A stretch of DNA of 64,000 bases from Candidatus Accumulibacter proximus (GCA_016709675.1 JADJMH010000016.1:94822-158821); one strand, 5' to 3'; shown: positions 31,479 to 43,109, counted from the first letter of the stretch. Notes: a model not told the origin generated them from the letters alone. Translations and numbers: made by a program.

Positions 31479-32230
31479 AAGCTCTCGCAGACCTCGCCAA
31501 GCGCGCGTGCGTCGGCATCGAAACTGCGTTCGAGCAAGGTTGTCAGCCCATCCCGATGCCTGGTGAGCAGGGTCGACGCCCGCGTTCCGTAATGCTCCGA
31601 ACGGACGAAAATGGCCGAGAGGATACGTTCCCATTCGATCGGCACACCGGTTTCCGGCAGGTGGGAATCGGGTACGATTTCCTGGTCGGCGAGCAGTTCA
31701 AGGAACGCTGCCGGTGCCGGTAGCGTTGCCAGGGCCTTGGCAAAAGCCGCCTTGGCGCTCGCCAGCTTGGGCCAGGGGGTGTCGAGCAGATGGTTCGAGA
31801 GTCCGTAGATGCCGGGGCCGAGCCAGCGCGTCCGGCGGTCGCCACGGTTCGTACAGTAGCCGAGACGCTCGTCGTCGGCGATGAGGAGGTTGAAGCCGTT
31901 GTAATCGGCAGCATGAGTTGCGCGCCGTGCCAGATACGCTGCCGGGCGGGCGTGGCCGGCAACGAAGTCGGCGACCAGGGCACCGCGTGAGCGGGCACGG
32001 GGGAGTAGTTTGCCACCTTCGCGATAGTTGGTCAGGGCGGCGAAGCGCCGCCCGCGGCTGACGCCGAGCCAGGTGCCGCCGGCTTCGAGATCGCGCCCGG
32101 CCAGGACCTGCGGGGCTTCCGGCCAGAATGTGGCAGGTGCCGAGGGGCGGGTGAAGAACTCATCGCGGTTGGCGGCGACCACCAGAGGATAGTCGGGGTG
32201 CGCCTGCCAGGCGAGCAGGATCAGGCACAT
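31448..32230 (-). CDS. NRDE/TANGO2 family protein
   Basis: MCLI...NRDEF, GGTWLG, LSNHLLDTPWPK, YGTRAST. Confidence 0.95.
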   Translation of the reverse strand: MCLILLAWQAHPDYPLVVAANRDEFFTRPSAPATFWPEAPQVLAGRDLEAGGTWLGVSRGRRFAALTNYREGGKLLPRARSRGALVADFVAGHARPAAYLARRATHAADYNGFNLLIADDERLGYCTNRGDRRTRWLGPGIYGLSNHLLDTPWPKLASAKAAFAKALATLPAPAAFLELLADQEIVPDSHLPETGVPIEWERILSAIFVRSEHYGTRASTLLTRHRDGLTTLLERSFDADARALGEVCESFQSSLISTSV

Positions 32231-32242
32231 CGTCGGCCGGCC

Positions 32243-33274
32243 TCAGGACGTCGCGAAGGCAGGCATCACGGGCTCGACTTCGATCGGCGAACCGCCGGCA
32301 GCAGCGAGTTGAAGAACACCGACACCGACGAAGCTCTCCTGGACAACCACCAGAGCATCATGACCGCCAGCCGGCGCCGGCGCGGCATTGACGACCATGC
32401 CGCAAGGCTGCTCGGCATTGACCTCCGAGTATATCGCCTGCCCGGCGGCCATCGGACTGGCCGAGTGCGCACGATAGAGGTGGCGCTTGACCTTGCCAAG
32501 ATACTGCGTGCGGGCGACAATTTCCTGGCCGGGGTAACAACCCTTGTGGAAACTGACCGCACCCAATTGCTCGAAATTCGCCATTTGCGGCACAAACTGC
32601 TCCTTGGTACCCTCGGTGATCAACGGCACGCCGGCCTGGATATCCAGCCAATGCCAGACAGGGGTCCCGACCGGGCGAGCATGCGGCTGCAATCGCTGCC
32701 ATAGACCGGGAGCCGCCGCTAGGCTGACGACGATTTCGAAGCGTCGGCCATCGAGCCGGATGACGCCGCCTTCGGCGAACGCGGCAGTGCTCAGCGGCGT
32801 CGGTGGAACCGGCAGGCGGGCGGAGTGCAATGCCGTTTCGGCCTGCGGGCCGGCCAAGCCGACGACTTGCTGGGTGCCGGACAGGTCGGTGATCTTCACC
32901 TTGCTACGCAGGACGAACATCTGCAGGCGCTGGCGAATCGGCGGCAGCAGGTCCGCCGAGAGTTGCAGGCGATAGTCCGGGCCGTTGCGGAAAAGCAGAA
33001 AGCTGGCGAGCATCCTGCCCTTGGCCGAGCACCAGGCCGAATGCTGCGCCATCTCACTGGCCAGATGCTTCACGTCGCTGGTCAACTGATTGTGCAGAAA
33101 AGCCGCCGCATCAGGCCCCGCCACCTCGATCAAGCCGAGATGTGTCAGCGGTGAGACGAGCGTCGCGTCGCAGGCGTTCGCCAGTTCGCCGGCAGCATCG
33201 CCGAAATCCGTGACCAGTTCCCCGTCGATGCGTGCGCCGGCGGCACCAAGAAATTCCTGCCAGTTCAAGTTCAT
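32243..33274 (-). CDS. ygfZ: Folate-binding Fe-S repair protein YgfZ
   Basis: KGCYPGQEIVAR signature; GPDA..FLHNQLTSDV. Confidence 0.93.
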   Translation of the reverse strand: MNLNWQEFLGAAGARIDGELVTDFGDAAGELANACDATLVSPLTHLGLIEVAGPDAAAFLHNQLTSDVKHLASEMAQHSAWCSAKGRMLASFLLFRNGPDYRLQLSADLLPPIRQRLQMFVLRSKVKITDLSGTQQVVGLAGPQAETALHSARLPVPPTPLSTAAFAEGGVIRLDGRRFEIVVSLAAAPGLWQRLQPHARPVGTPVWHWLDIQAGVPLITEGTKEQFVPQMANFEQLGAVSFHKGCYPGQEIVARTQYLGKVKRHLYRAHSASPMAAGQAIYSEVNAEQPCGMVVNAAPAPAGGHDALVVVQESFVGVGVLQLAAAGGSPIEVEPVMPAFATS

Positions 33275-33484
33275 CGTTTCGTCACTTTTCCATCTGATAG
33301 TTATCTGAAAGGCGTCGACCGCCTGCGGGGCGTGATTCCCCATGCTGGACGGTGACCGGCAGAGCATGATCGCTCGACAGACCGCGTCGTGTTCGCTTCA
33401 GAACCATGGGTTTCGGCTATTATAGGGCTACTCGAAGTTCATTCCTCCGTTCCCGCCCAGCAGCCTCAAGGCTGCGCCGGACTG

Positions 33485-34486
33485 ATGCGAAAATTCCTCC
33501 GCAAGCTGTTCATCGTCGCGCTGGTTGTGCTGGTGCCATTGACGGCTCTGCTCGCCGCGAGGGTCCTGGCGCCAATCGGTCTGGCGCGCGAGACGGTCGA
33601 GTTCACGATACCGCCCGGCAGCAGCCTGCGAGCCGCAGGCAGGGAGATCGCTGCAGCTGGCGTGGAAGTCGATCCCTGGGTTCTGGTCGTCCTCGCCAGG
33701 CTGATGGGCGTCGAAGCGTCGATCAAGGCAGGCAGCTACGAGATCACCGGCAGCATCACCCCGCTGCAATTGCTGAAGAAACTTACCCGTGGCGACTTCA
33801 CACAGGCTGAACTGACGTTCATCGAAGGGTCGACGTTCCGGCAAGTCAGGCAACGCCTCGATGCCCATCCGGATCTGCGCCATGACACGACCGGCCTACC
33901 GGAGGCCGAGATCATGCGCCTGCTCGGTGCGCCAGGTATGGCCGCCGAGGGTTCGTTTTTTCCGGACACCTATCTTTTTGCCAAGCGCAGCAGCGATGTC
34001 GAGTTGCTGGCGCGAGCTCGCCGCGCGCTCGAGCGGCATCTGGCAAGCGAATGGCAGGCGAGGGCGCTTGGACTTCCATATCGTGAGCCCTACGAAGCCT
34101 TGATCATGGCGTCGATCATCGAAAAGGAAACCAGTCGTGACGAGGATCGTTCGCTCGTCGCTGCGGTGTTCGTCAATCGCCTGCGCCAGGGAATGCTGTT
34201 GCAGACCGATCCGACGGTCATCTACGGCCTTGGTGAGGACTTCGACGGCAACCTGCGGAAGCGCGACCTCCTGGCCGATACGCCATACAATACTTACATG
34301 CGCCGGGGTCTGCCGCCGACGCCGATCGCGATGACCGGTCTGGCGTCCCTTCGGGCGACACTGCATCCGGCGCCCAGCGATGTGCTGTATTTCGTCGCGC
34401 GTGGCGATGGCAGCAGTCATTTCTCGCGTACGCTGTCTGAACACAATCAGGCGGTGACGCGCTATCAGAAAGGCGGTAAACCTTGA
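33485..34486 (+). CDS. mltG: Endolytic transglycosylase MltG
   Basis: [30 protein letters not shown]...GLPPTPI, LYFVA; synteny with tmk. Confidence 0.95.
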   Translation: MRKFLRKLFIVALVVLVPLTALLAARVLAPIGLARETVEFTIPPGSSLRAAGREIAAAGVEVDPWVLVVLARLMGVEASIKAGSYEITGSITPLQLLKKLTRGDFTQAELTFIEGSTFRQVRQRLDAHPDLRHDTTGLPEAEIMRLLGAPGMAAEGSFFPDTYLFAKRSSDVELLARARRALERHLASEWQARALGLPYREPYEALIMASIIEKETSRDEDRSLVAAVFVNRLRQGMLLQTDPTVIYGLGEDFDGNLRKRDLLADTPYNTYMRRGLPPTPIAMTGLASLRATLHPAPSDVLYFVARGDGSSHFSRTLSEHNQAVTRYQKGGKP

Positions 34487-35118
34487 GTCAGTCCGAGTGC
34501 AAGCTTCGAGGAAAATTCATCACCTTCGAGGGCATCGACGGTGCCGGCAAGAGTAGTCATCTTGCCGCCGCCGCGGCTCTTGTCCGTGACCAGGGGCGGC
34601 GGGTATTGACCACCCGCGAGCCAGGGGGCACAGCGCTTGGCGAGAAGCTCCGAGACTTGCTACTACGCGAGGCCATGCATCGCGAAACAGAAGCCTTGCT
34701 GATGTTCGCCGCTCGCCGAGAGCATCTTGAACAGGTGATCGAACCGGCGCTAGAACGCGGCGACTGGGTCCTCTGCGACCGCTTCAGCGACGCCACTTTC
34801 GCTTACCAGAGCGGCGGACGGGGCCTCGACCGAGAGAAATTCGCGCAACTTGAACAGTGGGTACATGGTCATGTGCAGCCGGACCTGACGCTGCTTTTCG
34901 ATCTGCCGTGGACAGTCGCTGGCCTCCGGATTGCTGCGCAGGCGCGCGCCCGTGACCGTTTCGAACAGGAGCGGGCAGATTTTCACGAGCGTGTGCGGCT
35001 GGCCTATCTGGAGCGCGCAGCCATCGCACCTCAGCGCTTTGCCGTCATCGACGCCGATCAGGCGCGTGACGTAATCCAGAAATGGGTTGAACAAACAATC
35101 TTAGTTCGTTGTTTATGA
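34483..35118 (+). CDS. tmk: Thymidylate kinase
   Basis: [30 protein letters not shown]. Confidence 0.95.
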   Translation: MSQSECKLRGKFITFEGIDGAGKSSHLAAAAALVRDQGRRVLTTREPGGTALGEKLRDLLLREAMHRETEALLMFAARREHLEQVIEPALERGDWVLCDRFSDATFAYQSGGRGLDREKFAQLEQWVHGHVQPDLTLLFDLPWTVAGLRIAAQARARDRFEQERADFHERVRLAYLERAAIAPQRFAVIDADQARDVIQKWVEQTILVRCL

Positions 35119-36155
35119 ATATCATTGAGTTGCACTCCCCGGTCTGGCATCAACTGCAGGCGAGGCGGACACAATTACCGCATGCACTACTGATCGCGGG
35201 TCAGCACGGAATTGGAAAGTTTGATCTCGCTCGCTCCTTCGCGGCGTCGCTGCTCTGCGAAGACGCTAGCGAGTCCGGCATGGCCTGCGGCAAGTGCCTG
35301 GCCTGTGGCTGGCTGGCGCAGGGCAACCACCCGGACGTCCGCCTGCTGCAGCCGCAAGCCCTGGCCAGCGGGGAGAACAGCGAGGCTGGCGAGGGCGAGG
35401 AAGTGGCCAGGAAGAAGCCAAGCCAGCAGATCACGATCGATCAGGTGCGCGCGCTGGATGACTTCCTGCATGTGGGTACGCATCGCCATGGCGCGCGCCT
35501 GGTCTTGCTCAATCCGGCCGAGGCAATGAATCGAGCAACCGCCAACGCACTTCTTAAGTCACTCGAAGAACCGATTGCATCTACTCTGTTTATATTGGTA
35601 TCTAGCGAGCCGCACCGCTTACTGCCAACGATTCGCAGCCGCTGCCAGATCTTGCCCGTCCGTCGGCCTGTGCAAGCAGTTGCGGTCAAGTGGTTGCATG
35701 ATGCCGGGGTTCGCGATGCCGAGAGCTGGCTCGCGCTGGCCGGAGGTTCGCCGCTGCTGGCGCTTGAACTGAACGGCAGCGGCGAGCGCGTGCTGCTCGA
35801 CTCGTTGCTGGCGCAGGTATCACGTTCTCAGGGAATCGATCCCCTGGCTGCTGCTGCAGAGATGGACAAGGTGGTCAAGGCTGACAAGCGTCCAGCGCCT
35901 CTGAAACGCGCCTTCGATTGGGCGCAAAAGTGGTTGTTCGACCTGACTCTGGCGAGCGAGGGTCTCGCACCACGCTACTTCCTGGCGCAGGCAGCGCTGC
36001 TGCGACGCCTGGCGCAAGGCACTGACAGCCGCAAGCTCTTGGCATTCAGTCGAAAAGCGATACAATACAAGGCCCAGTGTGAGCAACCCTTGAATAGCCG
36101 CCTGTTTTTCGAAGACTTTTTCCTCAGCTACGCCAAGCTGTTCCGAACCTCCTGA
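35115..36155 (+). CDS. holB: DNA polymerase III delta-prime subunit
   Basis: HALL, CGKCLAC zinc motif, [22 protein letters not shown]. Confidence 0.95.
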   Translation: MNIIELHSPVWHQLQARRTQLPHALLIAGQHGIGKFDLARSFAASLLCEDASESGMACGKCLACGWLAQGNHPDVRLLQPQALASGENSEAGEGEEVARKKPSQQITIDQVRALDDFLHVGTHRHGARLVLLNPAEAMNRATANALLKSLEEPIASTLFILVSSEPHRLLPTIRSRCQILPVRRPVQAVAVKWLHDAGVRDAESWLALAGGSPLLALELNGSGERVLLDSLLAQVSRSQGIDPLAAAAEMDKVVKADKRPAPLKRAFDWAQKWLFDLTLASEGLAPRYFLAQAALLRRLAQGTDSRKLLAFSRKAIQYKAQCEQPLNSRLFFEDFFLSYAKLFRTS

Positions 36156-36162
36156 GTGGGAT

Positions 36163-36543
36163 ATGGCAGAAGCAGACACCACCAAGCCAGTGGCTCCGGC
36201 GCCACCGCGCCCGAGCGTATTGTCGCTGAACATCAACTCAAAATCGGCACTGTACGCGGCGTACATGCCGCTCTTGCGGAACGCCGGCATTTTCATCCCG
36301 ACGACGCGCAACTATTCGATCGGCGATGAGGTGTTCATGCTGCTGTCGCTGATGGACGATCCAGCGAAACTCCCGATCGCCGGGACGGTCGTCTGGATCA
36401 CGCCGGTTGGGGCCCAGAACAACAAGGCCCAGGGAATTGGCGTTCACTTCAAGAGCGACGAAAGCGGCAGCGAGGCGCGCCGGCGCATCGAAGGGCTGCT
36501 CGGCGGGGTGATGCAGTCCGGTCGGCCGACGCATACCATCTGA
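36163..36543 (+). CDS. pilZ: Type IV pilus assembly protein PilZ
   Basis: LYAAYMP...GIFIPT, VVWITP, GIGV.F, RPTHT; holB-pilZ-tatD synteny. Confidence 0.93.
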   Translation: MAEADTTKPVAPAPPRPSVLSLNINSKSALYAAYMPLLRNAGIFIPTTRNYSIGDEVFMLLSLMDDPAKLPIAGTVVWITPVGAQNNKAQGIGVHFKSDESGSEARRRIEGLLGGVMQSGRPTHTI

Positions 36544-36553
36544 TGGTGGGTTG

Positions 36554-37336
36554 ATGCTGGTCGATTCCCACTGTCACCTCGATTTTCCCCAGTTGTCGGG
36601 CAGCATCGAGCAAGTCATCGGCTTGATGAAGGATAATGGGGTTGGCTGCGCGCTTTGCATCGGTGTGACCCTGGAAGATCTACCGCGTGTGCTGGCGCTG
36701 TCCGAGGCTTGGTCAGTGCTTCTGGCGTCGGTTGGCGTTCACCCCGAGGCGACGGAGGTGCGCGAACCAACGGTGGCCGAACTCGTCGAGCTTGCACGCC
36801 ACCCGCGGGTCATTGCCATCGGGGAGACCGGGCTGGACTACTACTGGCACAAGGATGCGCCCGAGTGGCAGCGGGAACGGTTCCGTACCCACATTCGCGC
36901 CGCCCGCCAGGCGCAGAAGCCCCTGGTCGTTCATACCCGTGAGGCGGCGGCAGACACACTGCGCCTGATGCAGGAGGAGGGTGCCGGCGAGGCTGGCGGC
37001 GTCATGCACTGTTTCACCGAAACCTGGGAGGTCGCGGAAGCCGCGCTCGATCGGGGCTTCTACATTTCGCTCTCCGGTATCGTCACCTTCAAGAAAGCGC
37101 TCACGGTGAGGGAGGTGGCACAGCGCGTGCCGCTCGACCGCCTGTTGGTGGAGACCGATTCACCCTATCTCGCCCCGGTGCCCCATCGTGGAAAAGCCAA
37201 CCAGCCGGGCTATGTCAAGCACGTCGCGGAAGAAGTGGCACGCCTGCGTGGCCTGAGCTATGAGGCCCTCGTCGACGCCACAACAGCCAATTTCTTCCGT
37301 CTGTTCCCTTCCGCCCGTTCGAAAGTTACTCAATGA
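36554..37336 (+). CDS. tatD: TatD family hydrolase/DNase
   Basis: DSHCHL, GVHP, IGETGLDY, HCF, ETDSPYLAP. Confidence 0.93.
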   Translation: MLVDSHCHLDFPQLSGSIEQVIGLMKDNGVGCALCIGVTLEDLPRVLALSEAWSVLLASVGVHPEATEVREPTVAELVELARHPRVIAIGETGLDYYWHKDAPEWQRERFRTHIRAARQAQKPLVVHTREAAADTLRLMQEEGAGEAGGVMHCFTETWEVAEAALDRGFYISLSGIVTFKKALTVREVAQRVPLDRLLVETDSPYLAPVPHRGKANQPGYVKHVAEEVARLRGLSYEALVDATTANFFRLFPSARSKVTQ

Positions 37337-37989
37337 AGATCCTCGTTCTATTGTTTGCCTTGCTCCTGCCCGCCCTGGCCTCAGCCGGGGCATACGAAGA
37401 CATGGAGGAGGCGCTGATCTCCGCCAATACGTCCTGGGCGATCCAGTTGATCAACCGTGGCATGGACGTCAATTCGGTCGACGCGACGGGTAACACGCTG
37501 TTGATGCAGAGCGTCCAGCGCGACAACATGGATTTTTTTGACTATCTTCTCAAGCGTCGCGCACGGCTGAATACCCGTAACCGCAACGGCGAGACCGCGC
37601 TGAGCCTGGCCGCGTACCAAGGCAAACTACCGTTTGTGCAACGCCTCGTCGAAGCGGGAGCAGATGTGAACCTGTACGGCTGGCCACCGCTGATCTACGC
37701 TGCCTTCAACGGTCATGCCGCAGTAGTCGACTACCTGCTGAAAAAGGGCGCAGAGATCAATGCGACGACCGCGAATGGCTCAACGGCGTTGCTGTTCGCC
37801 GCGCGCTTCGGACACATCGAGGTGGTCGAGGTGCTGCTGCAGAACAAGGCCGATCCGAACATTGCCAACGAGCGCGGCGCGACGGCCATCGACTGGGCTC
37901 TGAAAACCGACAACACCGATATCGCTGACCTGTTGCGTAAAGCCGGCGGGCGCGCCGGTGAGCCGGCGGCCGGCGAGCGTTCAAGGTGA
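37333..37989 (+). CDS. Secreted ankyrin-repeat protein
   Basis: Signal peptide and repeated G.T.L..AA..G....V..L...GA.VN units. Confidence 0.9.
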   Translation: MKILVLLFALLLPALASAGAYEDMEEALISANTSWAIQLINRGMDVNSVDATGNTLLMQSVQRDNMDFFDYLLKRRARLNTRNRNGETALSLAAYQGKLPFVQRLVEAGADVNLYGWPPLIYAAFNGHAAVVDYLLKKGAEINATTANGSTALLFAARFGHIEVVEVLLQNKADPNIANERGATAIDWALKTDNTDIADLLRKAGGRAGEPAAGERSR

Positions 37990-39429
37990 GAAAAATGGGG
38001 GCAGAGGACGCACGTGCACCGTGCCGGACTGGAGAAAGCGGTTGATGATCCGGTAAATGTCGGGGTCGAAGCTGTGCCCAGTCGGTCCGTCGGCGAGGCG
38101 CGCATGCAGCGCTTCCTCGTTGTGCACCGTGCCTACCAGACGCCAACGGTCGATCAAATGGAGATCCTCGCGCATGCCGAACTCGTCTCGCTCGACCAGC
38201 ACCACCGGCCCCTGGTATGGCCAGGCCCTGACTTTCAACCTGGCCAGCGCGGCCATCAGGCGAGCGCTGTGCAGCGCCGGTGCTTCCTTGCCGATGCAGA
38301 CGCCCCGGCAGTTCTTCTGCCGATAAGCAGTGCACGCTGTGCCTCGGGCCCCTTCCTCGAGACCCAACTGCTTGTGACACAGACGGTGGGCGTCAGCCAG
38401 CGTGCGCAGGCTGCGCAGGGCCTCGCGACGACTGGGGTACAAGCCGAAGAGATCAGCGGCAAGCGCAAGATCGATGTCATCAGCGAAGACGAGTTGCGGC
38501 AGGAAGTCGCCCTCCGCGCCTTTTTCCAGTTGCCACGAACAGAGCGTGCTGGCCGCGGCGTTCAGCCTGGCGGTGGCCTTCCCGGCAACATGCTGAGGTG
38601 TGGCGGGGGATCCAGAGCGAGCGAGGTGGATCTCGTGCAGGCGTGCGCCCAGCTCGCCCGCCGCATCACGCCAGTCGATTCGCCACGTGTCGCGGATCAG
38701 AGTGCTCTCGCGCTTGTCCGCGGTGAAGTGGGCCAGTACCTGCTGGCGCAGGTTGCTGCTGCGCCGGCTCAGCAGCAGGCGACCATCCTCACCGTAAAAC
38801 GCATAGGCACCGGCCGCTTCGGGTAGGTCATCGATTAGCGCGGGATCGATCCGGGGTGGCAATTCGGGGCGGCCAACGATCTCCGCCACCGCGCTCCGAA
38901 TCGTTGCCGCAGGCACTTGCTGATGCCAGCTTTGCCACAGGTCCCACAACAGTCGTGCATCGGCCAGCGCTCGGTGACGAGTACCGGCGACGCTCAGCCC
39001 GTGGCGAGCAATCAGGGTGTCCAGGTTATGCCGGTGATGCTGCGGAAACAGTTTGCGCGAGAGCTTAACGGTACACAGCTTCGGCGCGCGAAAATCTACC
39101 CCCAGCCGCCTGAACTCGCCTTTCAGGAAGCCGTAATCGAAGCGGGCGTTGTGGGCGATCAGCAAGCGCCCCCGCAAGCGGTCGAGCAGCGTGGGTGCCA
39201 GCTCGCGAAAAGTGGCCGCAGAACAGAGCATTGCATCATCAATGCCGGTGAGCCCGGTGATGAAGGAAGAAAGCGGAGCTCCGGGATTGACCAGCGTGCT
39301 CCATTCACGGGCACCGCTCTCGTCGACTTCGATCAGTCCGACTTCGATGATTCGGTCGTTGGCAAAGTTTGCCCCACTGGTCTCGAGATCGATGAAGACG
39401 AGGGGTTCTGGCGCGAGAAGGGCAGTCAT
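37981..39429 (-). CDS. DEDDh 3'-5' exonuclease (DnaQ-like) fused to a degenerate Cho/UvrC-like domain
   Basis: IDLETSG, AHNARFDYGFL, HRALADA; Cys-rich CTAY..KNCRGVC.G.E; WPY.G. Confidence 0.88.
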   Translation of the reverse strand: MTALLAPEPLVFIDLETSGANFANDRIIEVGLIEVDESGAREWSTLVNPGAPLSSFITGLTGIDDAMLCSAATFRELAPTLLDRLRGRLLIAHNARFDYGFLKGEFRRLGVDFRAPKLCTVKLSRKLFPQHHRHNLDTLIARHGLSVAGTRHRALADARLLWDLWQSWHQQVPAATIRSAVAEIVGRPELPPRIDPALIDDLPEAAGAYAFYGEDGRLLLSRRSSNLRQQVLAHFTADKRESTLIRDTWRIDWRDAAGELGARLHEIHLARSGSPATPQHVAGKATARLNAAASTLCSWQLEKGAEGDFLPQLVFADDIDLALAADLFGLYPSRREALRSLRTLADAHRLCHKQLGLEEGARGTACTAYRQKNCRGVCIGKEAPALHSARLMAALARLKVRAWPYQGPVVLVERDEFGMREDLHLIDRWRLVGTVHNEEALHARLADGPTGHSFDPDIYRIINRFLQSGTVHVRPLPPFFSP

Positions 39430-39527
39430 TCCTGGAAGACCAACCGCGCCACCAACCGGGGCCGCCGGACAACGGACTGGCAATGCGTCACTAAAAGCTC
39501 ACTCCGGATGGTCCGCAGAGCGGGACA

Positions 39528-40412
39528 TCAGCCTGCCGCCGCCAGCGCCACCGACGCGATCGCGTCGGCAAACACGTCTGTGAGCGCCACGGGAAAGTCG
39601 TGTGCCATCCCTTCGATCACCCGCATCTTGGCACCCGGGATGTGTGCCGCCACGTCGTAACCACAGGCAATCGGGATCAATGGGTCGTCGGCACCGTGCA
39701 GCACGAGCGTCGGCGCCGTGATCGTCGCCAGCAGAGCGCGCCGATCACCGCTGGCGAGAAAGGCAGCCAATTGACGGGTCACCCCGCGCGGATGGAATCC
39801 GCGCTCATGTTCCTCGGTGAACAGGTTTCGCAAGCGCTGCGGACAGCTTGGAAACTCCGGGCTGGCGACGGCCAGTTGGCGTTTGATGGCGTCTTCGATC
39901 AACGCCTCCTTGTCTCGCGTCGGCGGCAACGGCGCCATCAGCGCCTGCGCAGCTTCGGGTGTCGGTGGTGGCAAGTCGGGATGGCTGCTGGTGGACATGA
40001 TGCTGGTCAGCGACAGCGTGCGCTGCGGATACAGCGCGGCGACGATCTGCGCAATCGCGCCGCCCATCGAGGCGCCAACGACATGTGCCTTGGCAATGCC
40101 CAGCGCATCGAGCAGACCGACGCAATCGGCCGCCATGTCTTCGAGCGTGTAAGGCGCCACCAGCGGCGTGCCGGTGCGTAGCGCGCGACCAACATCCGGA
40201 ACACCCGCCTCGTCGAGTTTGCTCGACAGACCACAGTCGCGGTTGTCAAAACGGATGACGCGATAGCCGCGGGCGACGAGCGCGTCGCAGAGTTCGATGT
40301 TCCAGCGACCGAGTTGCGCACCAAGCCCCATGATCAGCAGGATGGTAGGCGCCGACTCGGCACCAAGGGTTTCGTATTCGATCTGAAGATTGTTGGCAGT
40401 GATCTGTGGCAT
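39528..40412 (-). CDS. Alpha/beta hydrolase (esterase)
   Basis: LLIMGLG, RFDNRDCGLS, GASMGG nucleophile motif, HGADDPL, GMAHD. Confidence 0.92.
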   Translation of the reverse strand: MPQITANNLQIEYETLGAESAPTILLIMGLGAQLGRWNIELCDALVARGYRVIRFDNRDCGLSSKLDEAGVPDVGRALRTGTPLVAPYTLEDMAADCVGLLDALGIAKAHVVGASMGGAIAQIVAALYPQRTLSLTSIMSTSSHPDLPPPTPEAAQALMAPLPPTRDKEALIEDAIKRQLAVASPEFPSCPQRLRNLFTEEHERGFHPRGVTRQLAAFLASGDRRALLATITAPTLVLHGADDPLIPIACGYDVAAHIPGAKMRVIEGMAHDFPVALTDVFADAIASVALAAAG

Positions 40413-40514
40413 GGGGAAAAGCTCAACAAGTGAGTCATCAAGGGAAGCAGTCATTCCGGCAATTTACCACCGAATAGATCTAACGGTTGTCTGGCCGCTG
40501 GCCTGGTATCCTGG

Positions 40515-40542
40515 ATTACGGATAATTCGTATTATGTAAAGT
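40515..40542 (+). other. dif: dif-like XerC/XerD recombination site
   Basis: ATTACGGATAA-TTCGTA-TTATGTAAAGT: 11-6-11 layout with inner ATAA/TTAT palindrome and XerD arm close to TTATGTTAAAT; intergenic AT-rich patch. Confidence 0.75.
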
Positions 40543-40592
40543 TCAGCGCGTACCCTTGCTTCACCCCGCGGGATGGTTTGCTGCGACGCGAT

Positions 40593-42569
40593 TCACACCT
40601 GGAGTTCGACCCGGTCGCGGAAAAGCTCCAGCGCTTCGGGGTTGGCCAGCGCTTCGACGTTCTTCACCGGCCGGCCATGCACGACGTTGCGCACCGCGAG
40701 TTCGACGATCTTGCCGCTCTTGGTGCGCGGGATGTCGGCGACCTGCAGCACCTTGGCCGGCACGTGGCGCGGTGTGGCGTTCTGGCGAATCTGCTGCCTG
40801 ATGCGGCCCGTCAGCGCCTCGTCGAGGGACACTTCTTCACGCAGCTTGACGAAGAGAACAACGCGTACATCGTGCTCCCATTCCTGGCCAATGACCAGCG
40901 ACTCCAGCACTTCCGGCAGTTGCTCGACCTGGCGGTAGATTTCGGCAGTACCGATACGCACGCCCCCGGGGTTGAGGACTGCGTCCGAGCGACCGTGAAT
41001 GATCACGCCTTCGCTGGCAGTCAGCTCGACAAAATCGCCATGGCACCAAGTGTTGGCGAAGCGGTCGAAGTATGCGGCGTGGTACTTTGCGCCGTCGGGA
41101 TCGTTCCAGAAACCGACCGGCATCGCGGGAAAAGGTGCCGTGCACACCAGTTCGCCGCGCCCACCCTGGCCGGCCGGAATCGGCTGCCCATCGTCGTCGA
41201 AAACGTTGACCGCCATGCCCAGCCCGCGACATTGCAGTTCCCCGCGGTAAACCGGCAGGATCGGACTGCCCAGCGCGAAACACGAAAGAATGTCCGTGCC
41301 GCCGGAGATCGAGGCCAGCAGAAGGTCTGACTTGATGTCGCGATAGACGTAATCGAAGCTCTCCGGTGCCAGCGGGCTGCCGGTCGAGAAAATGGCCCGC
41401 AGAGCCTCCAGGCGATGGCTCTCGCGCGGCTTCAGACCCGCCTTGGCAATCGCATCGATGAACTTGGCCGAGGTGCCGAAGTGCGTCATGCTCTCGGCGT
41501 CCGCGTAATCGAAGAGGATCGCTCCCGGTCGGCCGGTGGCTCCCGGTACAAACGGCGAGCCATCGTAGAGCAGCAGCGTTGCCCCCGAGGCAAGGCCGGA
41601 AACCAGCCAGTTCCACATCATCCAGCCACAGGTGGTGAAGTAGAAAATCCGGTCGTCGGCCCTGACGTCGCCATGCAGCTGGTGCTCCTTCAGATGTTGC
41701 AGCAGGGCGCCGCCATGGCAGTGCACGATGCACTTCGGTACGCCGGTGGTGCCTGACGAGAACATGATGAACAACGGGTGATCGAACGGCAACGGCGCAA
41801 AGTCAATCTGGGCCACGCCAAAGGGCGCGACGAAATCCGCGTAGCGCAAGCCGTTCCTGACCCCCGTCACGTCGGGGGCGTCGGCGAGATAGGAAACCAC
41901 CACCGTGTGGGTCAAGCTGGGCATCTTCGCCGCGATTTCGGCGTTCCTGGCCAGGCAGTCAACCGCCTTGCCGTTGTACCAGTAGGCGTCCACGCAGAAC
42001 AGGACCCTGGGTTCAATCTGCCCGAAACGATCAAGCACGCCCTGGACCCCGAAATCGGGCGAAGCGGATGACCAGATCGCCCCGAGCGAGGCAGCGGCGA
42101 GCATGGCGATCAACGCCTCCGGCATGTTCGGCAGATAGGCGGCGACACGATCTCCCTGCCCCACCCCAGCGGTCTTCAGGGCCTGTGCGCAGCGCGAAAC
42201 CTGCGCGTAGAGATCGCCGTGCGAGAGGCGGCGCCTGAGCTTGTCTTCACCCCAGAAAACCAGCGCGTCAGCGTCGTCACGACGGCGCAGCAGGTTCCCA
42301 GCGTAGTTGACGCTGGCTTGCGGAAACCAGCGTGCGCCGGGCATCCGGTCTCCGTTTTCGAGCACCGTCGTGCCACGCTCGCCGATCACCTGGCATTCTT
42401 CCCATACCGAGGTCCAGAAAGCTTCGGGCTGAGCAACCGACCAGCGCCAGAGACTCGCGTAGTCCGAGCAGCCGACATGCCAACGGCGGTTAACCACCGC
42501 CATGAAGCTGCTGAGCCTGGCAGCAGCAATACGTTCCGCGCCAGGGCGCCAGAGTGCGTCTTGCTCCAT
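40593..42569 (-). CDS. Acetoacetate--CoA ligase
   Basis: [59 protein letters not shown]. Confidence 0.93.
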   Translation of the reverse strand: MEQDALWRPGAERIAAARLSSFMAVVNRRWHVGCSDYASLWRWSVAQPEAFWTSVWEECQVIGERGTTVLENGDRMPGARWFPQASVNYAGNLLRRRDDADALVFWGEDKLRRRLSHGDLYAQVSRCAQALKTAGVGQGDRVAAYLPNMPEALIAMLAAASLGAIWSSASPDFGVQGVLDRFGQIEPRVLFCVDAYWYNGKAVDCLARNAEIAAKMPSLTHTVVVSYLADAPDVTGVRNGLRYADFVAPFGVAQIDFAPLPFDHPLFIMFSSGTTGVPKCIVHCHGGALLQHLKEHQLHGDVRADDRIFYFTTCGWMMWNWLVSGLASGATLLLYDGSPFVPGATGRPGAILFDYADAESMTHFGTSAKFIDAIAKAGLKPRESHRLEALRAIFSTGSPLAPESFDYVYRDIKSDLLLASISGGTDILSCFALGSPILPVYRGELQCRGLGMAVNVFDDDGQPIPAGQGGRGELVCTAPFPAMPVGFWNDPDGAKYHAAYFDRFANTWCHGDFVELTASEGVIIHGRSDAVLNPGGVRIGTAEIYRQVEQLPEVLESLVIGQEWEHDVRVVLFVKLREEVSLDEALTGRIRQQIRQNATPRHVPAKVLQVADIPRTKSGKIVELAVRNVVHGRPVKNVEALANPEALELFRDRVELQV

Positions 42570-42592
42570 CCCCCCTCCTCCTTCCTAAATGC

Positions 42593-43000
42593 TCAGCCTG
42601 TCAAGTCCGCGCGCAGGGCGTCCGGAATTGGCACCGACTTGCCGGTTGCCACATCCATCCAGACGATCTTTGACTCGCCTGTTGCGTAGACGGTATCGTC
42701 TCCCTGCAAGCGTATTTCGTAGTAGGTCGGCACGCTGCTCCGGCCAGGATGTCCGCAGAACAACCGAACCTCGACAACGCCAGGGTAGTTGAGCGGCACC
42801 AGAAAGGTGCAACTGGCGTTGATGATCACCGGCGCCGAGCCACGCGGCATCACCTTGAAGCCGAGTTTTTCCAGATACTCGACGCGGGACTGCTCCATGT
42901 AACGGAAGTAGACGGTGTTGTTGACGTGTCCGTAAGCATCCATGTCGCCCCAGCGAATGGGAATCAGGCTGGTCTGGACGAGTTTGCGTTGGCTTGGCAA
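42593..43000 (-). CDS. Acyl-CoA thioesterase (4HBT/YbgC family)
   Basis: IRWGDMDAYGHVNN.VYFRY.E; TTG start with GGAG RBS inferred. Confidence 0.88.
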   Translation of the reverse strand: MPSQRKLVQTSLIPIRWGDMDAYGHVNNTVYFRYMEQSRVEYLEKLGFKVMPRGSAPVIINASCTFLVPLNYPGVVEVRLFCGHPGRSSVPTYYEIRLQGDDTVYATGESKIVWMDVATGKSVPIPDALRADLTG

Positions 43001-43109
43001 TTGGCGCTCCTGTTCTCGATCTGGTTGGCTGGGCCGCGTCGCTGACCTCAGCGGCGACCCAGGGGCCGGCGACGGCTCTGCATGCGCGCCGCCGGTCTGT
43101 CTGCCGGGG

